A stretch of 64,000 nucleotides of DNA from the NCBI GenBank assembly GCA_964187785.1, contig OZ076421.1:54002001-54066000 (forward strand), read 5' to 3'. The notes beneath the pieces were generated by a model. The model did no database searches. It was not told where the DNA came from and saw only the letters and a program-made list of their open reading frames with translations. Below are positions 23,356 through 35,200 of this stretch, piece after piece. This DNA is from Amphiscolops sp. MND2022 (lineage: Eukaryota). Position numbers and translations under genes: made by a program. Positions within the stretch are counted from its first letter, which is position 1, and each line of letters begins with the position of its first letter.

Positions 23356-25119
23356 TGGTGACAGGACCTGCCAAATTATCCTGAGACAAAGTTCTAACAA
23401 AACAAATATCACAAATACATTTGGACGAAACGCAGAACATCTTTTCCTCGAGCATCCCGAACCGCCAGACCCCGTCAATCAGATTCCCAAGCAATTGGGA
23501 CGCTTGCAAGGAAAAATCAAAAACCTTCCACATCGAAGGATCTAAACTAACAACGATATGCCTTCACATCAATTTACCAAAGAAAAATAAAACTCAGCAG
23601 TGAAATTGTAGCAACCGCTGACTCCAAGACCCATAAAAATTACACTAATTAAAAACGACTCAACGACTACTACACCTGACACTTATTCGGAGGACCGGTA
23701 TGAATTATACAAGCACACCCCAGATATCTACATACTGCGAGAATTATTTGAACCCAAAATTGAACAAGAAACACAAAAGAATTTACATCAATTCAAAACC
23801 TCACTTTTCATGTCATGGTAGGAAATGACCAATTTGAACGCCCTTTTGATACAACCCTCCTCGAATTCCAGGTAGCTGATTTTCAATTCCAATAAAACTT
23901 CATCGTGATGTTCAAAAAGGTGACACACTTCTTTCTCAAGATGACTTGTGTACCCACAATAGGGACACTAACTTTGGATCTATGTCATATGCTTCTGAGC
24001 CGGAAAAAACTGACCAACCAGAGGACAAAGTTGAAAATGAATCGATTTGTCAACCCGAAATATAACACCCACCCACCCGCGTCACTTCAATCAAAAAACA
24101 GGGGAACCTCGGCAGAACAGCCTGCCGTGAATAACAATGAACTACAAAAGGTTGAAAAAACTACAGAAATCAAAAATCATGAGCCCTGATTTTTTCAAGA
24201 AATTCAGAAAATTCCCAATTTAACCCTACCCAAGGTGCTATCAAATCTCCCGAAAACAACCAAGAAACTGAAACACAAGGAAAGAAGAAATTGTTATTAC
24301 ATGAGAAGATGCCAGCGAGTCGGAGATGGGAGAAGACACGGGACCATTTCTTGTACAGTTAGTCAAGCGTTATGACAGACCCTTCATGGCTGTATTCGGA
24401 GCTGGGGAGGGCCTAAAACAAACAGGGAGATTGAGCCTGGATGAAAACGTGAAGATCGAGAGGAGCTAGAACACAAACAAAATTCCAAATACAAGAAGCT
24501 GAAACCAATCAGAAACAAAAGTTGTCTGATCAAAATTGTGAGAACCTGATCAATTCTCACATTGAATTCTGGAGTCGACTCAAAAAAAATTGTTCATCAC
24601 CTGGAACAAGGAACCCGAAAACGGATCGGTGAAGAGCTGATGAAAAAACGGAATGTGTTCATCACTTTGGACAGGAAACCCGAAAACGTGCCTGTTGAAT
24701 GCTGACGAAAATACAAAACTTGTTCATCACTTTGTATAGAAAACCCGGAAAGAAACCTGTTATAAAGCTGATGTGAAATTAAATACGATTGTTTTCTTCT
24801 ATTAGGAAATAGGCAAAAATGTTTGAAAATACTGACGTTCTGTTGGCGACTCGATTTCTTCATCATATCCAGATATTTTCTCCCCTTTCGAAGTATTGAT
24901 TTGGCAGTTCAAAAAGTTATAACGGGTTGTTCGAATTGCGAACTCTAAGAACTAAGTGAACTACACGAGGAACAATCACAAAGGTCAGAAGGTAGAACTG
25001 TTGACACTGAGGTTTCAAAGCAGATGACGACAAAGAGACTATACGAGATCGACACGTACAATCGAGGGCATTCATCGATGGACTTGGAGCGGCGTAGATC
25101 TGCTTCAAACAAGCTGGAC

Positions 25120-26759
25120 TGTCGCAGGGCTATTCGTGCGAGATGTCCGGAGTGCAACATAATTGAAGCATTCAACGACCGCATCATGATGACTTTACAC
25201 GTAATTGTGCTTGTAATTTATACTGCATTATGCGGTTTGTATAAAACAGCATATGCGGTGTTTTTGACAAAACAGCATAATGATTTCAAACGTAATTCTG
25301 ATTATGCTTTATGCTGCCTTATGAGGTTTTCATAGAACAGCTTATGCGGTATTTCAATCAAAACAGCATAACAGTTAGTCACTCTGGTGCTCACACATAT
25401 TCTGATGTATTATACAGTTTATGCAGTAATTTCACAAAAACAGCATGTTATTTATATTCAGAAACAGCATATTGAACACCAGCAGGACAGTGCTAGCAAT
25501 TTACACTGCATTATGCGGTTTGCACAAAACAGCATATGCAGTTTCATTAGAAAAATAGCATAACATCTACACGTGTGTTCATACATACACTTCATGTCAC
25601 AGTATGCGAAAATTCTATAAAAACAGCATGATGACCTTAATCAAAAACAGCATGATGATTTTAATCAGTAACAGCGTAATGATCATTCACACTGGCGCTC
25701 ACGTATTATGATGTATCATATGGCTTATGCGGAAATTTCAGAAAAACAGCATGATGAATAAAAGTGAAAACAGCATTATGAAAATATGTGCGGCGGCGCT
25801 AGTACATTATACTGCAATATGCGGTTTTCATAAGACAGTATATGCGGAATTCTGACAACAATCAGCATCATCTGAATAAAATTCCGCGTTAATCCACCGC
25901 TACTACAGGGCTATATTTAAACTTTCTAGGGACATGATGTAACGATTTATTTTTAACTTCTGACCCTAGAAACATGACGTTATGATGATTTGCATAAAAC
26001 TGACGGTCATGCTACTACAAATACCAACTAATGGAATGATTTGAAAAGAGACCCTTAAAAAATCATTTCATAACCATCATCCAACAAAAATCTCACATAC
26101 AGCGCAGTCACTCAATTTCACGAACGACCCACAATCCCCAAACTCTGCAGTTTGCTTTTTCTGTAAAGATAACTTCTACAGTCTCATTTGACCTAAGTTT
26201 CTTTGTAATTCAATGATTACTGCACTCAAGACTGTTTCCAACATGGGAAATAGAAAGAATAAACGTTCAAGGAGAACAGAGTACCAGTCTCCAGAGAGAG
26301 ATGAGGTTACTTCAGAAACAAGTCTTTTACAAGAACCTTCACAAATCAGCAATGAAATAGAAGTAATTTCACAAACACTAACAGAACAAAACAATACTAA
26401 GATGACACAGATTGAAGAAGAACTAAATAACAAATTTGAAATGATACTTGAAGAAATCAGAACAAACAGAAATTTCACCATAACAACTGATGAAGAGGAT
26501 GCTGAGAGTTGTCAACCCGGTCGTTCTAACTCGAAAAATAGGAGTCTCTGAAACACACACGCAACAAATACAACAATAGATGAATACAAAATTCAGGATG
26601 ATTGGTTCTAGCCATCAGAAATGAGCGAACTAAGACAACCTTATACTTCCCTAGGAGTTGTGAACCAAACGCTAGATGAAACCATTATAATAAACGAAAA
26701 CAGACAAGAAGCCGGTTGTCACATGTTGACAGGGGGAGTGGGATTAGCCGATTATCACA
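25120..26759 (+). repeat. LTR3 (3' LTR, 1640 bp)
   Basis: TGTCGCAGGG...GATTATCACA followed by the TSD CTAGC and unrelated flanking DNA. Confidence 0.88.
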
Positions 26760-29664
26760 CTAGCGAAATCTGGTTTCCCCAAAAAATAAGAAGTGGGCCT
26801 CGAAATTCGAAGTTTCTGCATCTTTCATTGACACACACGAAGTAACTTGTTTGTTGCATTTGACTTTAACAAAAGAAACGATTTGGCTTGTACAGTGAAA
26901 GTTGGCAGCCACAAAAAGCAAATCTGTAGAACTTTTTTAAAGGGAGATTTTGTTGTGATTACAACATTAGGCCTGTGCAGATTCGAGTATCTCAGCTATC
27001 TATGGATGAACCTTGAGCAATTCGTTCATCACCCGTTTGTCCGAGTAGGTGTTTCATGACAAAATGAACTCAATTGAAACAAGCAAAATTTGAAGTGCAA
27101 CAGTGAGCAGTCAGAACTTTGCGACCGGAGACAATTCACCTTGAAATCACAGCTTCAAGGAGCACATTGCTTGGCAATTTGACTGCAACTATGATACTCT
27201 GACTTGCCATTGGTAGAAAATTTTTGAAAAACCTCCTAAAATGCTTCTTCGGCGTCTAGCCTTTCGCTGCACTTAATTCCCCAGAAATGATGGTAAACGT
27301 TTGCTTTAAACTACAACTGAGCAATTGCATATAAAAACTTTTCGGGCAGCATTTTTTTGAGCATTTGTTTTGAACTACAATAACCCCCATACCTTGTGCC
27401 GATTCAATACGTCTAAGCTCCTCTTTCTGTCTGCTCGGAGCTATCGTATTGTTTATTGAAGAATGTTTTTCGATTTTAATTTTGTACGTTTTTTCGTACG
27501 AGAAGAATCGACTATAGCAGTAGCTTTTTTAGGACCACCGAACTAACAGATTTCTACGAGTTTTTCTATCTGCTTATATTACTCTATGTAATTGTATTTA
27601 CTACTCTGTATTGTAATATTACTCTATTCTTAATTTTTAACTGTCCTATGCCCTAGAGGTTAACCCAGACTTTGTTATTTTCAGCCCAATGTGACTTTTA
27701 TCAGCACAGGAAATCAATTTCCTGATTATTAAGGGTGGCATCTTTCTTTTGTGTCCTAAGAAACTGATAAGAGTTTTCTCAATATTTTTCGAAAAGACCT
27801 GCGATTTTTCGTCACTGTCTGACCTTTTTTGAGAAAGATTTTTTTGGTCAAAGGGTTTTCATAAATGTTTCCGACTTGAAAAAAAAATCATTTTGCAAGC
27901 TTAATGTTCGTTTTTCGCCACTGAAATTCTTCATGAATTGTTTTGTGATATTTCCAATTGGCGAAAACTGGTCTACGAATCTTTTGGATATCATTTAGGC
28001 TGTTTTTTGGCACTGTAAATTGACAAACAGTTCATAAATGTGTCGCGTTGCATATTTAATGAACTTCGTTTTTCAAACCTTGAGCGCGGCGCAGACTTGG
28101 ACCGCTCCCGGTTAGTTTTTTATTACTTTCATCAATTCTGAAGCGGCAGTTCAGTAAATTCACTCTTTGATCGGGAAAAAAGTTGGTGCAAGCTCAGACA
28201 AACGACAAGAAAGCAGCTAAAAAATCTAAAATCAAAACATACGACTGCAAGACAATTGATTTTTTTGGAAAATCACGCCTATATACATACACTAAGCATT
28301 TGTTGAAAAAAAATGGAAAAAAATCCGATGGTTGTTTTCTTCTTGATGTAGTTTTTCAAACGCCTTATCGGCTGCAAAGAATTTCGATTCGTTTTTTCGG
28401 GAGAATTCTCAGAATAGATTTTCCCTGCAAAAAAACAGTGGATAAAGCTAATATTTTTCAAATTTGACGGTTTTTGAAATCTTTAGTGTTGTTTAGTGTT
28501 GTTTCAACAGTAAAAACAGTTTAAATCAATTTTAATAATTCTTGGTGCAGCTTGTTGGTGGAATTGTTGGTCGAAGTCGAAGCAATGATTAAAAATTCTT
28601 TCATTTTCTTGCACAAAATTCTATAAAATAGTGTGAGCTTCTTTCTATTTGACACTTTGAGGTACTTAAGTCAACTGAGTTACCCTTTTGACAATTTTTT
28701 TTCTTTCATGAATTTATTTGATGAAAAGCGTTCCTCATGTCTTCTTTTCGAAAAAAAGTGTGAAAAAAATCTCTTGATAACAGTAAACAAGGTTGATCAT
28801 GCAAAGTTTCGAAGAAACATTCTTTGAGACTCAATACCTTGAAAAAGGCTTCTCTTTGAGGGAAAACTAAAACATGGAGTTATTGAAACGAAAAATATTC
28901 CGTCGTTAAGTTTTTACTATTCGTCAAAACACTGTTTTATGCTATCACTACAGTGTTCCAAGAAAATTGAGGTTTTAGATGAAAATGTTTGAATCATAAC
29001 AAATTCGCCTCTTTTGTCATTTCAAATCTGCATTTATAGAGACAAATAGCCAATCGCGAATCATGAAGCTGCCTCAGCTATCTGCAATGATGCTCTTCCT
29101 ATTCGGAGGGATTTTCATTCAACCCTCCAAGGCAACATACGGTTAGAATAACTTCCATTCTTTTCGACTGAATTTAGCATGTTCCTGAGCGGTTTGACCA
29201 GACTTTTTTACATTCGTTTGCGACTTTTTTGTAAAAGTTTGAAACCTTTTTTGTAAAACAAATCTTGCGTGTTTACACTAAGCAGCGTTTAACATTACGA
29301 CAAAGATCGAACTTTTTTCAAAAATTAGAAAATCAAAAATGGTTTACCTAACACAGATGATTCCCCATGCTGTCAACCTTGAATACTATGGTATCAACTG
29401 TAGCTAATAAAACAGAAATAGGACATTTCACTGACGGAACATTTAAATAACGTTTTCAAGTATTTTCGAAATATTTTCAGAACAATAGTGTTATGTACAC
29501 CGGTTATTGGTATTAAATTACGTGCATAACTAATTGAGTGAAACTATATTTCAATTTTTTTAAAATTTCCCATTTGAAAAAATAGTTTTTAACGTTTTTG
29601 ACATTATACTAACTCACGACTACATTAACATAATTTCTCAGTATGAAGTACATTGAATTCAAGA

Positions 29665-29823
29665 ATCTTGCAAGGAAATGTTTTCCTTGCAAGATCTTTC
29701 GAGGAAAACACATCCTTGTAAGATCTTGCAAGAACAAAATTTTTTGCAAGATCTTGTTAGTAGTGTGTTTTTGCAAGGATCTTGCAAGATCCTTGCAAGG
29801 TATGCATTTGTGCTCAACTAGGG
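29665..29823. repeat. Cluster of palindromic CTTGCAAG motifs, probable small MITE remnant
   Basis: Five exact CTTGCAAG plus variants; perfect 14-bp stem with a 3-nt loop at 29665-29695. Confidence 0.7.
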
Positions 29824-30007
29824 GACACTAAGATACAGAAACAAAGTGGTAGATTTTTTCAATGTATTTCACCAACTCAACTCAAATACAAAAATTACAA
29901 AAATACTCAAATACTAGTGTTGTTGCTCAAAAAACTGTTGCTAACTGGTTGAACAATGCAACAAAATAAGTTATATAGAACGTTTCAAGCAACTTTCGCA
30001 ACCATTA

Positions 30008-31175
30008 CAATACATATCCCGCTAAAATGGAAATCGATCACTTGAAGTAAAAAGTATTTTGGTTCAATATAATCAAATAGTGTAAAATCGTCAAAGACCG
30101 TAGTAATTCATTAGTGTAGTGGTGCAGCAAAGTGTAATATGAACGCGGTGAATTTTAGTCAAAATGCGTAGTTAGTAAATGGTGTAAAACAGTCAAAATT
30201 GTTAAAGTGAATTTTCGCTAATTGCATAATTTGTAGTAAGGTGTATATTAGTCAAAGTTTGATTCAATTACAATTTTCTTGAGTCCTCATTTATAAATCT
30301 GCCGAATAGTGTAAATTAGTCAAAGTTTGACTGGTTTACGGCATTTTAATAGTTACTTCAAACACATGAATTTATATTGAATAGTTGCTTGGCGTTTAAC
30401 TACTGTGACTAAATTAAACAATAACTTGACTGAATTACGCAATTATTTAATTAACGAATACGAACATTAACACATGTGAATTTCTCCGAAGAAAAAACTA
30501 ACCTAAAAGTTCCTAAGCTCGTTTTGTGATTAGAACTAATTGCCCACTGATAATGTCAGTAAGCAAAACTTTCAACCGTTACTTTAATGATTTGATCTAA
30601 TTGCTTACTGATCATGACAGTATGCAAAATTTTTAAACACAAACCTTATGATTTTTATTCTCGTGATTGAGTTCAAATTACTCAGAATTCATTACTAATT
30701 ATCATTGAATACTGATGTTTCTTTACAGTAACTGAAACATCAAGCATTGAAGTGAAATTCTTTCATGGCAATCTTCACAACAATGTTTGTAAAACCATCT
30801 TCAATATAGGTAAACCAATACTCACAAAACGAATGAAATAATCAAGGTCCTTACTGTGCTACACTGTTTGACTAATTTACACCGCGTGATTAGTAAGACG
30901 GCGTAATTCAGTCAACTTGTGTCGTGGAAAATCGCGTAATTAGTCAAAGTGTGTAGTACTGCATAAGTGCGTTATGCAGTCGATTAGTGTAAATTTATGC
31001 TCCGGAAAATTGTGTAAACCAGTCAGTTAGTGATTTCTAGTCATTCGGTGTAACTAATTATCACTTGGTGTATTATGAGAAAACTGTAAAACTGTATTTA
31101 TAAAAATAACTCACTGTGGTTGGTTAATAATGCAAGTCGCTAGATCTGGGAACTTGCTTGCGGGGATATGTATCG
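30008..31175. mobile_element. Non-autonomous TA-flanked TIR element (Tc1/mariner-like MITE or foldback)
   Basis: TA|CAATACATATCCCGC ... GCGGGGATATGTATCG|TA inverted termini; internal GTGTAAATTAGTCAAA-like motifs in both orientations. Confidence 0.5.
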
Positions 31176-32206
31176 TAAAGACCTAAATCAGAAAGCTCGG
31201 TTCCGAGTTTTTGTCAGTGCCAAAAAAAATTGGTCTAGAGTCCATAATATAAAATGAAGAATCGATACTTCCGAGCTATCCCACTGAAGTTGCTAATGGT
31301 TGTTACGACATTACCAGACTTATCCCGGTAACGATCTAGGGGGATTTTTGTCCAATCAAAGCGCGAATATTGTATTGGAAGATTTACACTTGTCACACAT
31401 TACTCGCATTGATAGGACGTTACACTAGCTGACAAATCAAATTTGTTTTGGTTCAACAAGTTGCGGACGATAACTTTTTGATCAGGAGTTAATGTTTAAC
31501 ATCGATAAGTGTCTGGATGAAGAGCAATAACTTTTTAAGGACTGTTTTAGCAAGGAATCATACTCAGCAAAATGTTGACGGGTGGTTGAGTCTATCTAGA
31601 AAATGAAAGTTTTGTAATTAACTGGACATTTGTGATACCATGGCTCAGCAAAGTGGAGAGGTGAGAGATTGCGATGACAATCATTAAAAGAAGCAGTGGA
31701 GTTTTACTAATTTGATTTAGAAAGTCGAATAAATCCTTCCCAAATATTGTCAATTGGTTTAAAGATTATACACTTTGCAGTTATTTGACGGTAGCAGTTA
31801 AACGCATGTCCTAGGTTTTTATATGATCAAGCGGTTTTACTGCAAAAAAAGAGAGATTGGTTTCACCTCGCTCGTCGTACTCGTGTTTAAAGATGTCGCA
31901 GCCAGCTCCTTGGTGTTATGGGTTTGAACGCGAATACAATTGAATTCACTGCGATGAACGGATGGAAAAGATTTTTGTTACGTCATCAAGACGACTATGC
32001 TAGCAATACTTTAATATATGAAATGATTTTGTGACGTCACTAAGTATAGAGTTGGAATGATTATCTCAAGCTTGCTGTAACGTCTCCGTCAGGGCTTGGC
32101 TAGCAATAGCTAACCTTAATACACACAGAGACACTACGTTGCAATCGTCAAATTGTCTTCCTTAATACGAAGATTTAGGCACTACAGTCTGTGTATAACG
32201 TACCGT

Positions 32207-35200
32207 CTTGCAAAGTGCGCTCCATCGACGTTTACGCTATTTTGAAGCAGTCCTTAAAACTTGTTTTCACAGAGATTTAAACTACTCAATGGAAGAAGTC
32301 AGTAAACCTGCAATTCGACCATATTTATCATATAACCTATCAATGGCACTGGTCTCGGTTTCTAAATCATGACAGGCTAAGTAGATTTGAGCGTTTCCAA
32401 TGCTTGGAAAACCTGGTTTGAAGATGGCATTATGTTCGGTATTCTTCATCTTCTTCGTTTTCATCTATTCCCATTTTCCATAATAGTTTCGGTATACTAT
32501 TATTGCGATTGGGTGTAGTAGAACCCTTTTTCATTCCGGTCCTAATTATCTTCTTCCGAAAAACCTGTTTTGCGCAATAAAATGTCAAACCAGTCGCTAA
32601 CAAAAGTTTCGTCTAGTGTGCCCGCTTGTCCGTAAAGTTTCTTTAAATTGATATTGTATCGTGCTTTGAATCATCTAGGAAACCCCTACTTGGCGCAAAG
32701 TTCGTAATTTCAATTGATCGTAAAATAATATTTGCCTGTTGTGGAATAAGGTCACCCGTAAGAACCTTTTTTCTGGGTCTCATTTGAACAAATCAACTCT
32801 AAAGCGATTTATCAACATATTGATATGCGCTCTGTTTGTATCTTTTCTTCCGTATCTCATTCTTCAGATAAATTAGCTGATGAGATATAAAAAAGTTTAC
32901 TTTATTCTTGAGAATGGTAGAAACAGTTGGCAAATTGTGCTGCTTACCAATCATTGCCTTTGTTCCTTGTTGTGCTTATCGTTTTCAAAATCCTTGATAA
33001 TAGCGAATTATTGATGACATTGGCAAATCAAATGCGTTTTTGGTCATTTGGCTTGACAATGGAATTTCAGCGTTTCAATAGAAACAAGGTGCATGAAGCG
33101 TGTTAATGTAATTTGAAAAAGCATGTGAAGTACGTGATGTTTTTTGTTACATATGAATTTTATTCACCAACAGTGTATTGACGAATCAGGTCACGCTTCA
33201 TCAACGCGCGATGCTTGCATAGTGTGCTACATCGGGGTTTACGCTATATCGAAGCAATCCTTAAAACTGGTTTTCACAGAGAATTAAACTACTCAATAGA
33301 AAAAAGTCCGTAAACCTGCAATTCGACCATATTTATCCTGTAACCTATCAATGGCACTGGTCTTGGTTTCTAAATTATGACAGGCTAAATAGGTTTCAAG
33401 CGTTTCCAATGCTTGGAAAATCTGGTTCGAAGATGGCAATAGAATCGGTATTCTTCATCTTCTTCGTTTTCATCTATTCCCATTTTCATAGTAGTTTCGA
33501 AATACTATTATTGCGATTGGGTGTAGTAGAACTCTTTTTCATCCCAGTCCTAATTATCTTCTCCGAAAATCCTGTTTTGCGCAATAATTTGTCAAACCAG
33601 TCGCTAGCAAAAGTTTCGTCTAAAGTGCCCGCTTGCCCGTAAAGTTACTTGAAATTGATATTATATCGTGCTTTGATTCATCTAGGAAACCCCTACTTGG
33701 CGCAAAAATTGTAATTTCAAACGATCATAAAAATATTTGCCTGTTGTGGAATAAGGTCACCCGTAAATATTTTTTTCTGGGTCTCATTTGAACAAACTAT
33801 CTCAAAAGCGATTTATCAACATATTGATATGCGCTCTGTTTGTATCTTTTCGCCCGTATCTCATTCTTCAGATAAATTAGCTGATGAGATATAATAGTGT
33901 CTACTTTATTCTTAAGAATGGTAGAAACAGTTGGCGACGTGTGCTTCTTATCAATCATTACCTTGGTTCCTTGTTGTGCTTTTTGTTTTCGTAATCCTTG
34001 ATAATAGCGAATTATTGGTGATTTTGGCAAATCAAATGCGTTTTGGTCATTTGGCATTGCGCCTGACAATGGAATTTCAGCGTTTCAATAGCAACAAGGT
34101 GTATGAAGTGTGTTAATGTAATTTGAAAAAGAATTTGAAGTACGTGATGTTTTTTGTTACAAATGAAGTTTATTCACGAACAGTGTATTGACGAATCAGG
34201 TCACGCTTCATCAACGCGCGATGCTTGCAAAGTGCGCTACATCGGGTTTACGCTCTATCGAAGCAATCCTTAAAACTGGTTTTTACGGAGAATTAAACTA
34301 CTCAATAGAAAAAAGTCCGTAAACCTGCAATTCGACAATATTTATCCTATAACCTACCAATGGCACTGGTCTTGGTTTCTAAATCATGACCGGCTAAATA
34401 GGTTTTAAGCGTTTCCATTGCTTGGAAAACCTGGTTTGAAGATAACATTATGTTCGGTTTTCTTCATCTTCTTCGTTTCATCTATTCTTATTTTCCATAG
34501 TAGTTTCGGTATACTGTTATTGCGATTGGGTGTAGTAGAACTCTTTTTCATCCCAGTCCTAATTATCTTCTTCCAAAAAACCTGTTTTGCGCAATAATTG
34601 GTCAAACCAGTCGCTAGCAAAAGTTTCGTCTAAAGTGACCGCTTGCCCGTAAAGTTTCTTGAAATTGATATTATATCGTGCTTTGAATCATCTAGGAAAC
34701 CCCTACTTGGCGCAAAAATTGTAATTTCAAACGATTATTAAAAATTTTTGCCTGTTGTGGAATAAGGTCACCCGTAAATATTTTTTTCTGGGTCTCATTT
34801 GAACAAACTAACTCAAAAGCGATTTATCAACATATTGATAGGCGCTCTGTTTGTATCTTTTCTTCCGTATCTCATTCTTCAGGTATATTAGCTGATGAGA
34901 TATCAACAATTTTACTTTATTCTTGAGAATGGTAGAAACAGTTGGCAAATTGTGCTTCTTAACAATCATTGCCTTAGTTCCTTGTTGTGCTTATCGTTTT
35001 CGTAATCCTTGATAATAGCGAATAATTGGTGATTTTGGCAAATCAAATGCGTTTTTGGTCATTTGGCATTGCGCCTGACAATGGAATTTCAGCGTTTCAA
35101 TAGAAACAAGGTGCATGAAGCGTTTTAATGTAATTTGAAAAGCATGTGAAGTACGTGATGTTTTTTGATACAAATGAATTTTATCCACCAACAGTGTATT

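Larger units (their letters stand above)
17795..26759 (+). mobile_element. Internally deleted Gypsy-like LTR retrotransposon with LTR-int-LTR-int-LTR structure
   Basis: Starts TGT, ends ACA, flanked by a 5-bp TSD CTAGC (17790-17794 and 26760-26764). PBS TGGTGACAGGA follows LTR1 and LTR2. Near-identical 3404-bp tandem duplication. No RT or integrase recognised. Confidence 0.85.

Noticed and set aside
25120-26759. LTR3 as an independent solo LTR
   Set aside because: Its own flanks (TGGAC / CTAGC) do not match, whereas CTAGC matches the left flank of LTR1.
27100-29600. Genes or defined elements in the AT-rich stretch
   Set aside because: Only short low-complexity ORFs; no termini, TSDs or motifs could be established.
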